Positions 22,029-32,609 of a DNA stretch of 64,000 bases are shown one piece after another. The position numbers and the translations under genes are program-made. The notes under the pieces are model-generated. The model was not told the DNA's origin. It did no database searches and saw only the letters and a program-made list of their open reading frames with translations. The first letter of the stretch is position 1, and every line of letters begins with the position of its first letter. Location of the stretch: NCBI GenBank assembly GCA_965215185.1, contig OZ244034.1, positions 1,920,001 through 1,984,000 of the forward strand, given 5' to 3'. This stretch comes from Acidimicrobiia bacterium. GTDB lineage: Bacteria > Actinomycetota > Acidimicrobiia > Spongiisociales > ZC4RG35.

Positions 22029-22972
22029 CGCCGCTGGCGCATTTTCGGATCGAGAAAGTCCCGCAGCCAGTCTCCCAGGAGATTCAGCGAAAGCACCACC
22101 AAGAGAATCGCCAGTCCGGGAAACAGCGACATCCACCAGGCGATCAGAATCTGATCTCTGCCATCGGCCACCATAACACCCCAGCTTGGGTTCGGTCTTG
22201 GGATGCCGGCGCCGATGAAGCTCAGCGACGACTCCTCCAAGATCACTACTCCCACCTGCAAGGTGGTGAGAACGATCAGGGTGTTGGCAATATTTGGCAA
22301 CACGTGTTGCAAGAGGATCCGCGCTGGGCGGGAACCGGCGACCTTGGACCTGGCAACGTATTCGGCTTCGCGCACCGCCAGCGTGTCGCCTCTCACCTGT
22401 CTGGCGAAACTGGCCCACATGGTGATGGCAATGATCGTCACGATCGTAACGAACGACGGTCCGATTGCCGCCACGATGACAAGCGCAAGAAGCACGATCG
22501 GAAGGCTCAGGAAAGTGTCGATGAGCCAACTGACCACACGGTCGATCCAACCGCCGAAATACCCGGCCACCAGTCCCAGGGTGGTGCCTATCGAGGCGCC
22601 GACGAAGATCGTGAGCGAGGCCACCGTCAGCGAGATTCGGGCGCCGTAGATGATCCTGGTGAGGATGTCGCGTCCCAGTTTGTCGGTACCCAGGGGATAG
22701 GTCCATGACCCCCCATCCAGCCAGGCCGGTGGGGTCAAACGCTCTGCCAAGTTCCCACGAAGTGGATTGTGAACGGTGATCACATCCGCCAGGAGCGCCG
22801 GAAGGAGCAACACGAACACGACGATGCAGATGGGAATCCACGGCACCCTGTCGGTACGGGTCCTGAACCAGGGGATCCGCAGGTATCGACCTGGGAATGT
22901 TCCGCGGTGTTGTCCGGCAGAGGGAGCGGGCGCTTGGCGCTCACCGGTGGAGGATGTCCTGCGAATCGGCAT
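22025..22972 (-). CDS. Dpp/Opp ABC permease (DppC-like)
   Basis: LGTDKLGRDILTRIIYGARISL, PSWG. Confidence 0.92.
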   Translation of the reverse strand: MPIRRTSSTGERQAPAPSAGQHRGTFPGRYLRIPWFRTRTDRVPWIPICIVVFVLLLPALLADVITVHNPLRGNLAERLTPPAWLDGGSWTYPLGTDKLGRDILTRIIYGARISLTVASLTIFVGASIGTTLGLVAGYFGGWIDRVVSWLIDTFLSLPIVLLALVIVAAIGPSFVTIVTIIAITMWASFARQVRGDTLAVREAEYVARSKVAGSRPARILLQHVLPNIANTLIVLTTLQVGVVILEESSLSFIGAGIPRPNPSWGVMVADGRDQILIAWWMSLFPGLAILLVVLSLNLLGDWLRDFLDPKMRQRR

Positions 22973-23907
22973 CAGGAGAACGACCTTTGTCCGAGTCTCA
23001 CCCTCGGATCGAGGTAGGCGTAGGTAATGTCCACCAGAAGGTTCATGACGACGATCACCGTGGCGGTGAAGAGGGCGAGTGCTTGAACCACCGGAAAGTC
23101 ACGGGCGTTGGCCGACTCGAAAGCAAGCAAACCGACGCCGGGCCAGGAGAAGACGATCTCCACCACAGTCGCTCCGGTCAGCATTCGAACCGCCACGCCC
23201 CCGAAGAATGTCAATGGCCCAATCGACGCCGGCTTGAGAGCGTGTTTCATGATGACGATGAACTCGGACAATCCTTTGAGCCGCGCCAACTTGACGTATT
23301 CGGTTCCAAGGGTCTCGAGCATGGCCGATCGGAACAGCCGCAGGAGGGCGGCGATGCCGAAGATCGCTATAACGAAACTCGGCAAGATGTAGCTACGCCA
23401 GTTTCCGATTCCTGAGGTGGGGATGAATTTCCACGGCACCGCAATCAGCCAAATGAGCATGATCGCCAGCCAGAATTCGGGAACCGACTGACCGAACAAC
23501 GCCATGCCTTTGGCAATCCTGTCCGCCATGGAGCCGCGCTTGACCGCCGAGAGGATCCCTAGGGGTACGCCGATGACCACCACCAGTACAGTGGCCACGA
23601 GGCCCAATTTGATAGAAGCGGGGAGTCTGCCGGCAATGATCGACCCGGCTCTCTCGGTGGGATAGAGAAAAGAGGGACCGAAATCGCCTTGGAGAGCGTT
23701 CCCCACGAAGGAGAAATACTGCTGCGGCAGAGGTTTATCAAGTCCCCACTGCTCCCTCAAGGCTTGCTCATCCTCTCGGCCCATGTCGACCGGCGCCAAG
23801 ACGTCCAGCGGATCACCGGTGAGACGCGCCAGGAAGAAGACGATGAATGAAACAGCGATAATGGTGAGCACCCCCCGAACGCTGTTGATAACGATGTAGC
23901 GGGCCAT
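22972..23907 (-). CDS. Dpp/Opp ABC permease (DppB-like)
   Basis: GLDKPL..QY, EYVKLARLKGL, VEIVFSWPG, RDFPVVQ. Confidence 0.92.
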   Translation of the reverse strand: MARYIVINSVRGVLTIIAVSFIVFFLARLTGDPLDVLAPVDMGREDEQALREQWGLDKPLPQQYFSFVGNALQGDFGPSFLYPTERAGSIIAGRLPASIKLGLVATVLVVVIGVPLGILSAVKRGSMADRIAKGMALFGQSVPEFWLAIMLIWLIAVPWKFIPTSGIGNWRSYILPSFVIAIFGIAALLRLFRSAMLETLGTEYVKLARLKGLSEFIVIMKHALKPASIGPLTFFGGVAVRMLTGATVVEIVFSWPGVGLLAFESANARDFPVVQALALFTATVIVVMNLLVDITYAYLDPRVRLGQRSFS

Positions 23908-23938
23908 CAGGCCAGACCCTCCAGACCGGCCTGGGGTC

Positions 23939-25120
23939 TCATAGCCTCGGATCGACTACGTACAGGCCATCGCCGAATCGATCGCTGACATACACCAGCC
24001 CGTCTTCTGTGGCGTAGACGTCGTTGAACTGAATCGAGTCCCGACCGGCCGGGGCCGGGGGCACCAAGTGGGCGACTTCGACAGGATTGCTGGCGTCGGA
24101 TAGGTCGTAGGCGCGCAGCCCGCCGGCGAAATAGGTGAGGTATACCAGATTGGGGTCTACGAAGGAGCCCGGCCGCATCTCATGGAGATTATGGGGTCCC
24201 CATCGAATGTTCTCGTCATGCCGGGCGCCCGGCGGAACGGGAAAACGTGCAATCACCCTCGGATTGGCCTCGTCGGCGATGTCAACCACCCAGACATGAC
24301 GCTGGACTCCGATGAAGCGGGTGATCAGTTCATCGGTGACGAGGAGGATGTCCCGTCCGGGAAGGCGGAGAGGAGTGTGGGTATTGCGGCTTTCGGGCCC
24401 GAACTCAAGGTGACTGATCAATTGGGGACTGGTGGGGTCGCTGATATCCAGAATCATGAGGCCTCCGTCCCAATACCCGCCATAGGCGCGGTCACCGTAC
24501 GGGAGGGCATGGTGGAGGTTGTAGTGGCGGTCCTCGTGTTCCAGGTCGGGACCATCGGCTGCGCCCCAGGTTGACTGCTCGCCGCCTGCCACGTGCTGGC
24601 CGGGATACCACCAGCGCCCTAGTTCCGTGGGCGAAGTGGGGTCGGACAGGTCAACTATCTCCAGGATGCGCCCGGTGTAACCATCTTCGCCAGCAGAAAC
24701 GAGGGCATGGTCGCCTTCCCACCACGCCATGCGGTGGATCCCGGTACCGGTGACCGGGTAGAAACCGATCTGCTGCGGAGTAGCGGGGTCGGAGACATCG
24801 TAAACAGCCATCCCGGCGCTCCACTCCATCGCCGGCGGATCCTCGAACCGGTTTCGTTCGTGATTGACCAGAAGAAGAGAATCCTTCACTTGGACCTTAT
24901 GACTGTGGGTACCCGCAGGTCTGGGGATCTGAGTGATCAGCTGCGGTCGGGAAGGGTTGGAGACATCGATTATCGAAGTGCCCAGATCGTTGTATCCCAT
25001 GTGGCCGGCATAAGCCACGCCGTCGACGACATTGACATGCATCAGATCGCCCTTACCGTCGAGGTCGATGTGACCGATGACGGACATCCGGTGAGCGTCG
25101 GTCCGGTCAGCTTGGCTCAT
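23939..25120 (-). CDS. LVIVD-repeat beta-propeller protein
   Basis: Repeated [IV]DVS[DN]PxxP blades; THSHK, GIHR, NTHT, GPHNLHE. Confidence 0.85.
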   Translation of the reverse strand: MSQADRTDAHRMSVIGHIDLDGKGDLMHVNVVDGVAYAGHMGYNDLGTSIIDVSNPSRPQLITQIPRPAGTHSHKVQVKDSLLLVNHERNRFEDPPAMEWSAGMAVYDVSDPATPQQIGFYPVTGTGIHRMAWWEGDHALVSAGEDGYTGRILEIVDLSDPTSPTELGRWWYPGQHVAGGEQSTWGAADGPDLEHEDRHYNLHHALPYGDRAYGGYWDGGLMILDISDPTSPQLISHLEFGPESRNTHTPLRLPGRDILLVTDELITRFIGVQRHVWVVDIADEANPRVIARFPVPPGARHDENIRWGPHNLHEMRPGSFVDPNLVYLTYFAGGLRAYDLSDASNPVEVAHLVPPAPAGRDSIQFNDVYATEDGLVYVSDRFGDGLYVVDPRL

Positions 25121-26121
25121 CGGCGTATCCCTTCGAGTATCCGGGAAATATTGCTATGGAGAATCATCTCCCGGGCATCGCTGGTCAGATTGGGGACCGA
25201 ATCGATGAAGGCAACGGGAGCCAGCTCATGCATGGGGTACGGGTAGTCGGTGCCAACCACCACCTGGGTCGGCCCAACGAGATCCAAGAGGAACGAGAGC
25301 GCCTCCGGAATATGAACGAGAGTGTCGAAATAAAGGCGCTTGACGAATTCGAGCGGTGATCTGCTGATGTTCTCGGCTGTGAGGTGGGGGACCACCTTGT
25401 AGCCCTTCTCCCAGCGACCCATCTGATACGGCATGTATCCGCCCCCGTGGACCATGCAGAGAACCAGATCCGGATATCGCTCGAGAACGCCACCGAAGAG
25501 CAGGTGACCCATGGCAATCGTGGATTCGGCAGGTCTGCCGAAGATGTTCGAGAGGAAATACCTGCTCAGGTCATATCCCCCTAGTGGGTCGTAGGGGTGT
25601 ATCAACACCAGACAGCGCAGTTCGTTTGCGACCTTCCAGAAAGGGTCTAGCCCGGCGTCGACCAGGTGCACCCCATCGACGGTGGTGGCTATCTCCACTC
25701 CAGCCATCCCGAGTTCACCTACGATGTATGACAGTTCGTCGGCCGCTTTACCGGGAGATTGGAGAGGAACGGTACCCAGAGCGACGAGCCGGTCCGGGTA
25801 CCCGGAAACCTCTCGGGCGAGGATCCGGTTGAAGTCGCGGGCATATCTGGCCCCAGCTTCGGGCTCGAGGGCGTAAGCGCTGAAGTCGGTGCGATGAGAC
25901 ACCACTTGGACATCGACGCCACCCTTCTCCATGGCCTGGAACCGGGCATCGAGGTCGTAGAGCTCTTGGGGAAAGGGGCCGATCACCTTGGCGCCCGCCA
26001 AACGCAGCAGCTCCTCGCCAGAATCGTCATGGAGCACCTCGATGCCATAATCGGCGCCCCGGGCTCTGAGCAACTCCATCAACTCGATAGGCACGATGTG
26101 GGCGTGGACATCGTAAGTCAT
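25117..26121 (-). CDS. Amidohydrolase_2 family (ACMS decarboxylase-like)
   Basis: DVHAH, IHP, HGGG, GTDYP. Confidence 0.88.
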   Translation of the reverse strand: MTYDVHAHIVPIELMELLRARGADYGIEVLHDDSGEELLRLAGAKVIGPFPQELYDLDARFQAMEKGGVDVQVVSHRTDFSAYALEPEAGARYARDFNRILAREVSGYPDRLVALGTVPLQSPGKAADELSYIVGELGMAGVEIATTVDGVHLVDAGLDPFWKVANELRCLVLIHPYDPLGGYDLSRYFLSNIFGRPAESTIAMGHLLFGGVLERYPDLVLCMVHGGGYMPYQMGRWEKGYKVVPHLTAENISRSPLEFVKRLYFDTLVHIPEALSFLLDLVGPTQVVVGTDYPYPMHELAPVAFIDSVPNLTSDAREMILHSNISRILEGIRR

Positions 26122-28418
26122 GCTGAATCCCCTTTCTTTTGCACCGCCTGAATGGCCTCCCAAACCCTGGTAGGGGTCAGGGGAAAATCGATCGATGTGA
26201 CTCCTAGCGGCCGCAATGCGTCGCAGACCGCGTTGTGGATGGCGGGCGGCACACCGATGCAACCCGCCTCACCTGTCCCCTTGGCGCCGAGGGGATTCGA
26301 CGGCGCCGGATGGGTCAGACGCCGGGTCTCCAGCGGCATGGGTTGGGTGGCGCTGGGGATCAGGTAGCCCATTAGGTTGGTCGTAAGAGGCTGGCCATCT
26401 GCGTCATAGACAATCTCCTCCAGCAGTGCCGAGCCGATTCCCTGCATGATCGAACCATGCACTTGGCCCTCCACCACCATCGGGTTGATCACGTTTCCAC
26501 AGTCGTCAACGGCGACCAACTGAAGCAGGTTCACGAACCCGGTCTCAAGTTCAACCTCGACCACGGCCACGTAGGCGCCATAAGGGTAGGTCAGGGCATT
26601 GGGGGTGAACATCTCTTCCGCCGACAAATCCACCCCTTGAGACTGCGCCTCCATGGCTATGGCTGCTAGCGAAATCTCGGGTTGAGGAGAGCCGACGACT
26701 CTTACCTTGCCGTCACTGCACTCAAGGTCGTGCGGAGCAGCCTCCAGCATGCCCGCGGCCAGATCCAAGGCCACCTCCCTGACCTTGCGTGCGCAGCGGA
26801 GCACCGCCGAGCCACCCAGCTGCAGGGATCGGCTGGAAAAGCTACCTACGCTCTTCGGAATCTCCGCAGTGTCGCCGGCGTGAAACACGATCCGGTCATG
26901 GGGGACGTCGAACACCGAGGCGGCGATCTGGGACCACACGGTTTGGTGGGCTTGACCGGCCGATGTTGAGCCGGTGCGGACCTCCAACGATCCGTCGGGC
27001 ATCACCTCGACTTTCCCCCACTCCCATGAACCCACCGCGCCGCCTGCCCGCTCGATGAACGAGGCGATTCCTATCCCGATGGGATCTCCAGCGAGGCGGC
27101 TTCTCTCCTCCTGTCGTGCGCGCCATTTCTCAACATCCACTGTCTCCAGCGCCAGATCAAGGGCCGCCAGGTAGTCACCCGAGTCGTATATCGAACCGGT
27201 ATGAGTGGTGAAGGGGAGTTGGTCGGAGCGGATGAAGTTCTTGCGCCGCACGTCCTCGGGCCTCATCCCGACCTCGGCTGCGAAGGCGTCCACCGCGCAT
27301 TCGATGCCTATGGCGGCCTCGGGACGCCCAGCACCCCGGTACGGTCCCGTGGGCGCCTTGTTGGTCACCGCAGCGATGGCGTGAACCTCAAGATGGTCTA
27401 TGTCGTAGACGCCCTGCGTCATGAACTGGGAGAAAAAGGGGATGCGAGACCCGGTACTGGGATAGGCACCCACGTCACCGAGCATCTCCGACTTCACATA
27501 CCGCATGCGGCCTGACCGGTCACCGCCGACCGACACCTTCACCTCTTGACCCCGGCCGTGGGTACCGGATCGCAACTGTTCCCCCCGCCGCTCGATCCAT
27601 GCCACGGCCCTATTGAGCCGATGAGCTGCCACTGCCACAACCACGTACTCGGCGTAGAACTGTCCCTTGGTGCCGAAGGCGCCACCGACATCGGGTACCC
27701 GCGCCCGGATTTGTTCCGGGGGCAGGCCGACGAAGGGAGAAAGCTGTCGGGGAAGACGGCTTGGGGACTGGTGTCCACACCACACCTCGAGGGTCCCGTC
27801 GATCGGACGGACGAGGATGGCCAGCGGTTCGATGGTCACCGGCGAGATTCGTGGAATGCCCACCTTGACGGAGGCCTCGACTTCTGCTTCCGGGCGTTCA
27901 CCCCTGGTGGCCAACGTCTTTTGGTGCACGAGGTTCGTTCCGGTTTCCGGAAAGAGGAGCACGTCCCCTTCCAGAGACGTCTTCGCATCGGTCACGGCGG
28001 GGAGGGGATCGATGTCGACCCACAGCATTTCGGCAGCGTCGACCGCCTGGGATGGGGTCTCGGCAATGACTACGGCGATCGGCTCGCCAACATAGCGAAC
28101 ACGTTGGCGGGCAAGGGCCGGCTGGCCCATTCCGGTGGCCTCCGGCGCCCCCCGCCCGGGGGTGGAGGGAAGATCGGGAATGTTGAGGGTCTGTGCATCA
28201 AATGCCGCCACGACGCCGGGCATGTCCAGGATCTCGTCCAAGTCAGGCGGTTCGAGTGTTCCATGGGCGTCGGGGCTGCGCACGAAGGCGCAGTGCAACG
28301 TGTCTTTGTCGACCAGGTCACCCACATATGCCCCTTCTCCGGTGACAAGTGGATAATCTTCCAGTCTGCGAACCGAGTCGCCGATGCCTGCGTTCTTACT
28401 CACGGAGCGTGGACTCAA
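26118..28418 (-). CDS. Xanthine dehydrogenase-family molybdopterin large subunit (CoxL form II-like)
   Basis: DVGGAFGTK, PYRGAGRPEA, GQVHG, GAKGTGE. Confidence 0.92.
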   Translation of the reverse strand: MSPRSVSKNAGIGDSVRRLEDYPLVTGEGAYVGDLVDKDTLHCAFVRSPDAHGTLEPPDLDEILDMPGVVAAFDAQTLNIPDLPSTPGRGAPEATGMGQPALARQRVRYVGEPIAVVIAETPSQAVDAAEMLWVDIDPLPAVTDAKTSLEGDVLLFPETGTNLVHQKTLATRGERPEAEVEASVKVGIPRISPVTIEPLAILVRPIDGTLEVWCGHQSPSRLPRQLSPFVGLPPEQIRARVPDVGGAFGTKGQFYAEYVVVAVAAHRLNRAVAWIERRGEQLRSGTHGRGQEVKVSVGGDRSGRMRYVKSEMLGDVGAYPSTGSRIPFFSQFMTQGVYDIDHLEVHAIAAVTNKAPTGPYRGAGRPEAAIGIECAVDAFAAEVGMRPEDVRRKNFIRSDQLPFTTHTGSIYDSGDYLAALDLALETVDVEKWRARQEERSRLAGDPIGIGIASFIERAGGAVGSWEWGKVEVMPDGSLEVRTGSTSAGQAHQTVWSQIAASVFDVPHDRIVFHAGDTAEIPKSVGSFSSRSLQLGGSAVLRCARKVREVALDLAAGMLEAAPHDLECSDGKVRVVGSPQPEISLAAIAMEAQSQGVDLSAEEMFTPNALTYPYGAYVAVVEVELETGFVNLLQLVAVDDCGNVINPMVVEGQVHGSIMQGIGSALLEEIVYDADGQPLTTNLMGYLIPSATQPMPLETRRLTHPAPSNPLGAKGTGEAGCIGVPPAIHNAVCDALRPLGVTSIDFPLTPTRVWEAIQAVQKKGDSA

Positions 28419-28460
28419 TCGTAATCGGTGTTCTTTTCACGTTTATTTGCCCGGATCGGC

Positions 28461-29777
28461 TCATGTTTCCTCAAGGATCCATATACCCTCGTTGAGCCCA
28501 CTCAGGTAGATGTAGCCACGAGGGTCGACAATCACATCTTGTGAGGACACGTCGCGCACCCCACTGTGGATCACATCGAAGATTCGCATGTATGGACGGG
28601 GGTCAATGAGATGCGTGGGCGATGGGGGGAGGAAGGACGCCGTTTCGGTCGGATTCCGTGGATCCGAGACGTCAAACACCCGCAAGCCGGCGTTCATGTA
28701 GGCGTTATAAATTTTGTCGGCTACCTGCTTCGATCCTTGATGATTCTCGTGGAGATTGTGCGGACCGAACCGTTCCCCCTTTTGGTAGTAAGTCTCGTAC
28801 GGTTCCCCTTCAGTGGGTTCGGGGATCGGGAGCGTCGAGAGTTCGGTCGGGTTGGTCTCGTCGGAGATATCCCAAAGCCGGATGTTCTTTGGACCTTCCA
28901 AACCGAAGTTGGCCAATGGCTCCTCGACAACTGCCAGGATGTCACGGCCGGGAAGTGGAACGCAAGAATGAGTCTGACCGTCCGTCAGTTCGGGGAATGT
29001 TCGAACGTGACTCACCAGCGTCGGGTTCTCGACGTCGGAAACGTCCACGATGGCGAATCCGCCATCAGAGTAGGCGATGTAGGCGCGGTCTGCTTCGACG
29101 AGAGGAAAATGCACCCCGAAGGTTTCGTCCTCCAGCGGAGGTTGACCCTCCCCCAGCTGTACGGGGTGCCAAAAGTCGGTCACTCTCTTGGGTGACTCGG
29201 GGTCGGACACGTCGAGAATCGTCATCACCCGTGCGCGGTCAAGGCGCCAGTGATATCGCACACCGGGTGCTTCAATCATGTTCGACAGATAAGCGTACCG
29301 GCCTCCGTTCCACCAGCTGCGATGGATCCCATACCCTCGGGGACCAGTTTCGTCCCAGTGGGACAACTCTCGGGGCGCGGTGGGGTCGGAGACGTCGAAG
29401 AAGCGCACTCCTTTCCACGCTTGGGTTGGGTCGGTAGCGGGGTTGTAGAAAGCCGGCTCACAGGAGGCCATGAGAATGTTGTCGGCCACCTGGATCTTGA
29501 TGTGCCAGGTGTGCTCGTTCGGCGCTGCAATAAAGGAAACGACTCCCGGGTCACTGGGTGAGGTGACATCGAGCACGCTTATCCCACCCGACCATGGGTG
29601 GCCGACGTAGAGATAGGTGTGCCGGCCCACTGTTTGGAGTTGGAGTTGCTGTCCGTCCAATTTCCCGTCAAGGTCGCTGAACCCGACTATGTCGATGTTG
29701 GTTGCGATGGGCTCTTTGACCGGCTTGGCGGCCATCTTGCGGATGGATCGTTTCCAATCAGGTTCCATGGCCGCCAT
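28461..29777 (-). CDS. LVIVD-repeat beta-propeller protein
   Basis: Repeated DVSDP blades; GIHR, QTHS, GPHNLHE. Confidence 0.85.
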   Translation of the reverse strand: MAAMEPDWKRSIRKMAAKPVKEPIATNIDIVGFSDLDGKLDGQQLQLQTVGRHTYLYVGHPWSGGISVLDVTSPSDPGVVSFIAAPNEHTWHIKIQVADNILMASCEPAFYNPATDPTQAWKGVRFFDVSDPTAPRELSHWDETGPRGYGIHRSWWNGGRYAYLSNMIEAPGVRYHWRLDRARVMTILDVSDPESPKRVTDFWHPVQLGEGQPPLEDETFGVHFPLVEADRAYIAYSDGGFAIVDVSDVENPTLVSHVRTFPELTDGQTHSCVPLPGRDILAVVEEPLANFGLEGPKNIRLWDISDETNPTELSTLPIPEPTEGEPYETYYQKGERFGPHNLHENHQGSKQVADKIYNAYMNAGLRVFDVSDPRNPTETASFLPPSPTHLIDPRPYMRIFDVIHSGVRDVSSQDVIVDPRGYIYLSGLNEGIWILEET

Positions 29778-29847
29778 CTATGTATCTCCCAGTAGGTGCG
29801 AGCAGAGCTTTACCGCTCGTTCGATTCGATTTTGAGATTGGTTAGAT

Positions 29848-29884
29848 GGGCGCCCCCAAAGGCATGTTGAGCCTGGGGGCACCC
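29848..29884 (-). terminator. GC-rich stem-loop after the substrate-binding protein gene
   Basis: GGGCGCCCCCA...TGGGGGCACCC inverted repeat; no clear U-tract, may be an mRNA stabiliser. Confidence 0.55.
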
Positions 29885-29896
29885 GATCTACTTGTT

Positions 29897-31633
29897 TCAG
29901 CAGGACTCGATGTATTCCACAAAGCTGAAGGGTGCGCTCATGTTGGCACCGGGGTAGCTGTAACCGCAGACGACATTGGGATCGACGACGGTCTCCGAGA
30001 AGGTCCGCAGCAACGGGATGTGCGGGGCGTTCTCAAAGACGACGTCCCCGAAGTCACGCCACAAGGCGGCCTGTTTAACCGTGTCCAACTCAATGAGGAT
30101 CGCTTCGTACTCGGTGTCCCAGTCGAGCATGCAGACTGGTCGGGCGGAATCCTGGTTGCAGTATCCCGCCGGTTCGAAACCGGTCACGTTTTCTGAGGCG
30201 GTGTCGTCGAATTCGACCATGCGATCGAACTCGCGGGCCTCACGTGCTGCCGAGTACTGCCCACCGTCCATCGACACGAGTTCTACGTCGAACCCGGCAT
30301 CCGCCAGCATGGTGCCGACGGCCTCGCTGAGGTCATTCTTGGCGATGACCTGGATACTGACCGGTCCGCCGAGCCCGTCCAGAATTGCGCGGGCGCCATC
30401 GGGATCGTAGCCGATATGCTCGCCGAAACGGGCTTCCCAGTCGGGGTTCCAGGAGTCGGTCTGCTCCGGCAGCCAGTACCACATGATGGCGGTCTCGGCC
30501 TCGCCTCCGTAGAAGGCGTCGTTCAGCGCCTGGCGGTCGATCGCCTTGTTGGCGGCAATACGGATGTCCTTGTTACACCATGGGCTGTCTGGATACAGGC
30601 GTTCGCCGCTGGTGAACACATCCGCGGACTTCTCTCCGGGGATTGATGGCTCCAGGTAGTAGCAACCCACGAGGGCCAAGCCATAACGACGTCCGGGGAG
30701 AGCCGACTTGATCACCTGCATGCCTTGCGCCTCGGCTTCGTCGCCGAGTTCCTGAGACAGCGAGGTCATTTGAACTTCACCCGCCAGCATTGAAGAGATC
30801 CTGGTGGCCTCCTCACCGATGAAGCGGTATTCGATCTCGTCGAAATCGCCGTTCTGACGCCAGTGGTCATACGGCACCTTCTCGAACACGACGTTCTGAC
30901 CAGGGTTCCGCTCCAGGAATTGGTACGGCCCGGTTCCGGCAAGTGGGGCCTCATCCAGACCTGGGGAGGCAGGCGAGCCTCCTCCTCGGGAGTCCCAGTC
31001 GGCCTTACTCTTGATGACCGCTCCCGCGGCGCCGTAACTGATGCCTTCGAAGAATGCGAAGGAGAGGTTATCGGTGACGTGGAAGATGACGGTGTAGTCG
31101 TCCACGATCTCGAACTCCCCTACAGCGTTGCGCACCGCTTCTGCCACACCGGAGACAGCTCCGGGTGGATCGATTAGGTCGGTGAGGGAAAACACAACGT
31201 CTTCCGCGGTCATCTCACCGAAACCGTTGTGGAACTGGACTCCCTGCCGAAGGCGGAAGGTAAGTTGGTCCCCAGCGTCGTTGAGTCCCCAACTCTCAGC
31301 AAGCATCGGGATCCACGCAGCGGTCAACGGGTCCACGCCGACCAGGTTCTCGTACATCGGTTTGAGCTGGTACTCATCGTTGGGTTGTATGTCGCGGTTG
31401 GGGTTATTCGACTCGCCCTGTTCGGGAGGCGGAACGGCGAATACCAGTCTGGTTGGTTCTGGTTCCGGCGCAGCCGTGGTTGCGGGTGGGGCAGCGGTAG
31501 TGGTGGGGGCGACCGTGGCTGCGGTGGTGGGTGCTTCATCACCTGCGTCGTCGCCGCATGCCGCGGCAACTATTGCAAGGCAAGCCAGCAACGCCACAAG
31601 GGTCCTTAATCGCCAAAAATTGCCTGATTTCAA
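29897..31633 (-). CDS. ABC family-5 substrate-binding lipoprotein
   Basis: Lipobox AAAC, Ala/Thr/Pro linker, LRQGVQFHNG, GTGPY. Confidence 0.9.
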   Translation of the reverse strand: MKSGNFWRLRTLVALLACLAIVAAACGDDAGDEAPTTAATVAPTTTAAPPATTAAPEPEPTRLVFAVPPPEQGESNNPNRDIQPNDEYQLKPMYENLVGVDPLTAAWIPMLAESWGLNDAGDQLTFRLRQGVQFHNGFGEMTAEDVVFSLTDLIDPPGAVSGVAEAVRNAVGEFEIVDDYTVIFHVTDNLSFAFFEGISYGAAGAVIKSKADWDSRGGGSPASPGLDEAPLAGTGPYQFLERNPGQNVVFEKVPYDHWRQNGDFDEIEYRFIGEEATRISSMLAGEVQMTSLSQELGDEAEAQGMQVIKSALPGRRYGLALVGCYYLEPSIPGEKSADVFTSGERLYPDSPWCNKDIRIAANKAIDRQALNDAFYGGEAETAIMWYWLPEQTDSWNPDWEARFGEHIGYDPDGARAILDGLGGPVSIQVIAKNDLSEAVGTMLADAGFDVELVSMDGGQYSAAREAREFDRMVEFDDTASENVTGFEPAGYCNQDSARPVCMLDWDTEYEAILIELDTVKQAALWRDFGDVVFENAPHIPLLRTFSETVVDPNVVCGYSYPGANMSAPFSFVEYIESC

Positions 31634-31657
31634 GATGAACCTCTTTCTGCAATCGGA

Positions 31658-31673
31658 TTTGGTTTAAACCAAA
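31658..31673. promoter_or_regulatory. Perfect palindrome TTTGGTTTAAACCAAA, candidate GntR/FadR-type operator
   Basis: 16-bp palindrome in the divergent promoter region. Confidence 0.6.
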
Positions 31674-31809
31674 CAGTATCAATAGAATCCAGCCGTTTCA
31701 TCATAAACATCAAGTTAAAGTGTGGGGTCGCAACTAAAAGGCATCGCAACTAACATCGATGGGCAGCAGGGCTGGGGAATCAAGTCCTTACACAGAAGAG
31801 AGGTAACCG

Positions 31810-32601
31810 ATGACAAGCCAACCCGAAATCTTCAAGCGATTCGTCGGTAAAAGGGTTCTAGTCACCGGCGCCGGCACCGGATTCGGTAGTGCGATCGCTC
31901 GTAGGGCAGGCCTAGAAGGGGCACGGGTCGCCGTCCATTACTACAGTTCCACGGCCGGCGCAGAACGGACCACCGAACAGATACGCCAGATGGGCTCGGC
32001 GGCATCGATATTCCAGGCTGACATCAGTTCGTGGGACGCGGTGAAAGAGATGGCAGACGCAGTCTTCGATGAGTTCGGTGGGCTGGATGTGTTGGTTAAC
32101 AACGTCGGGGACATTGCCACCGAGCAGATGTCGTGGCGCGACGTGACTCAGGAACTCGTGGATCGGGTGATCGATGTCGACGTTAAGGGAACCCTCTACA
32201 TGATCCACGAATTCGGTTCCAGGATGCTCGAACAGGACGAGGGCGGGGCGATCGTAAATATCGGCTCCACCGTTGTTGTAAGAGGCAGCCCCCGTGCCCC
32301 GCAATACGCCGCCGGCAAGTACGGCGTCATGGCACTGACCAAATCGTACGCGAGAGCATTTGCCCCCAAGGTGAGAGTGAGCGCCTTCGCACCAGGATTC
32401 ATGGCTACGGAGTCCACGGTCTCCCGGGACGACTGGAATACCGGTCGACGGGAGGCAATCACCGCGGCGACGCCAGCAGGACGGGTCCCCACCCCAGAGG
32501 ACATGGCCGGACCTGCCCTGTTCCTCGCCACGCCCGAGGCAAGTCACATGATCGGCTCTTATGTAATTGCCGACGGCGGCCGCAGCACTGTCGGCGCCTG
32601 A
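31810..32601 (+). CDS. Short-chain dehydrogenase/reductase
   Basis: TGAGTGFG, NNVG, YAAGK. Confidence 0.9.
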   Translation: MTSQPEIFKRFVGKRVLVTGAGTGFGSAIARRAGLEGARVAVHYYSSTAGAERTTEQIRQMGSAASIFQADISSWDAVKEMADAVFDEFGGLDVLVNNVGDIATEQMSWRDVTQELVDRVIDVDVKGTLYMIHEFGSRMLEQDEGGAIVNIGSTVVVRGSPRAPQYAAGKYGVMALTKSYARAFAPKVRVSAFAPGFMATESTVSRDDWNTGRREAITAATPAGRVPTPEDMAGPALFLATPEASHMIGSYVIADGGRSTVGA

Positions 32602-32609
32602 CAACTGAT

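Noticed and set aside
26118-28418. Form I CO dehydrogenase
   Set aside because: Lacks AYxCSFR and any coxM/coxS or accessory genes.
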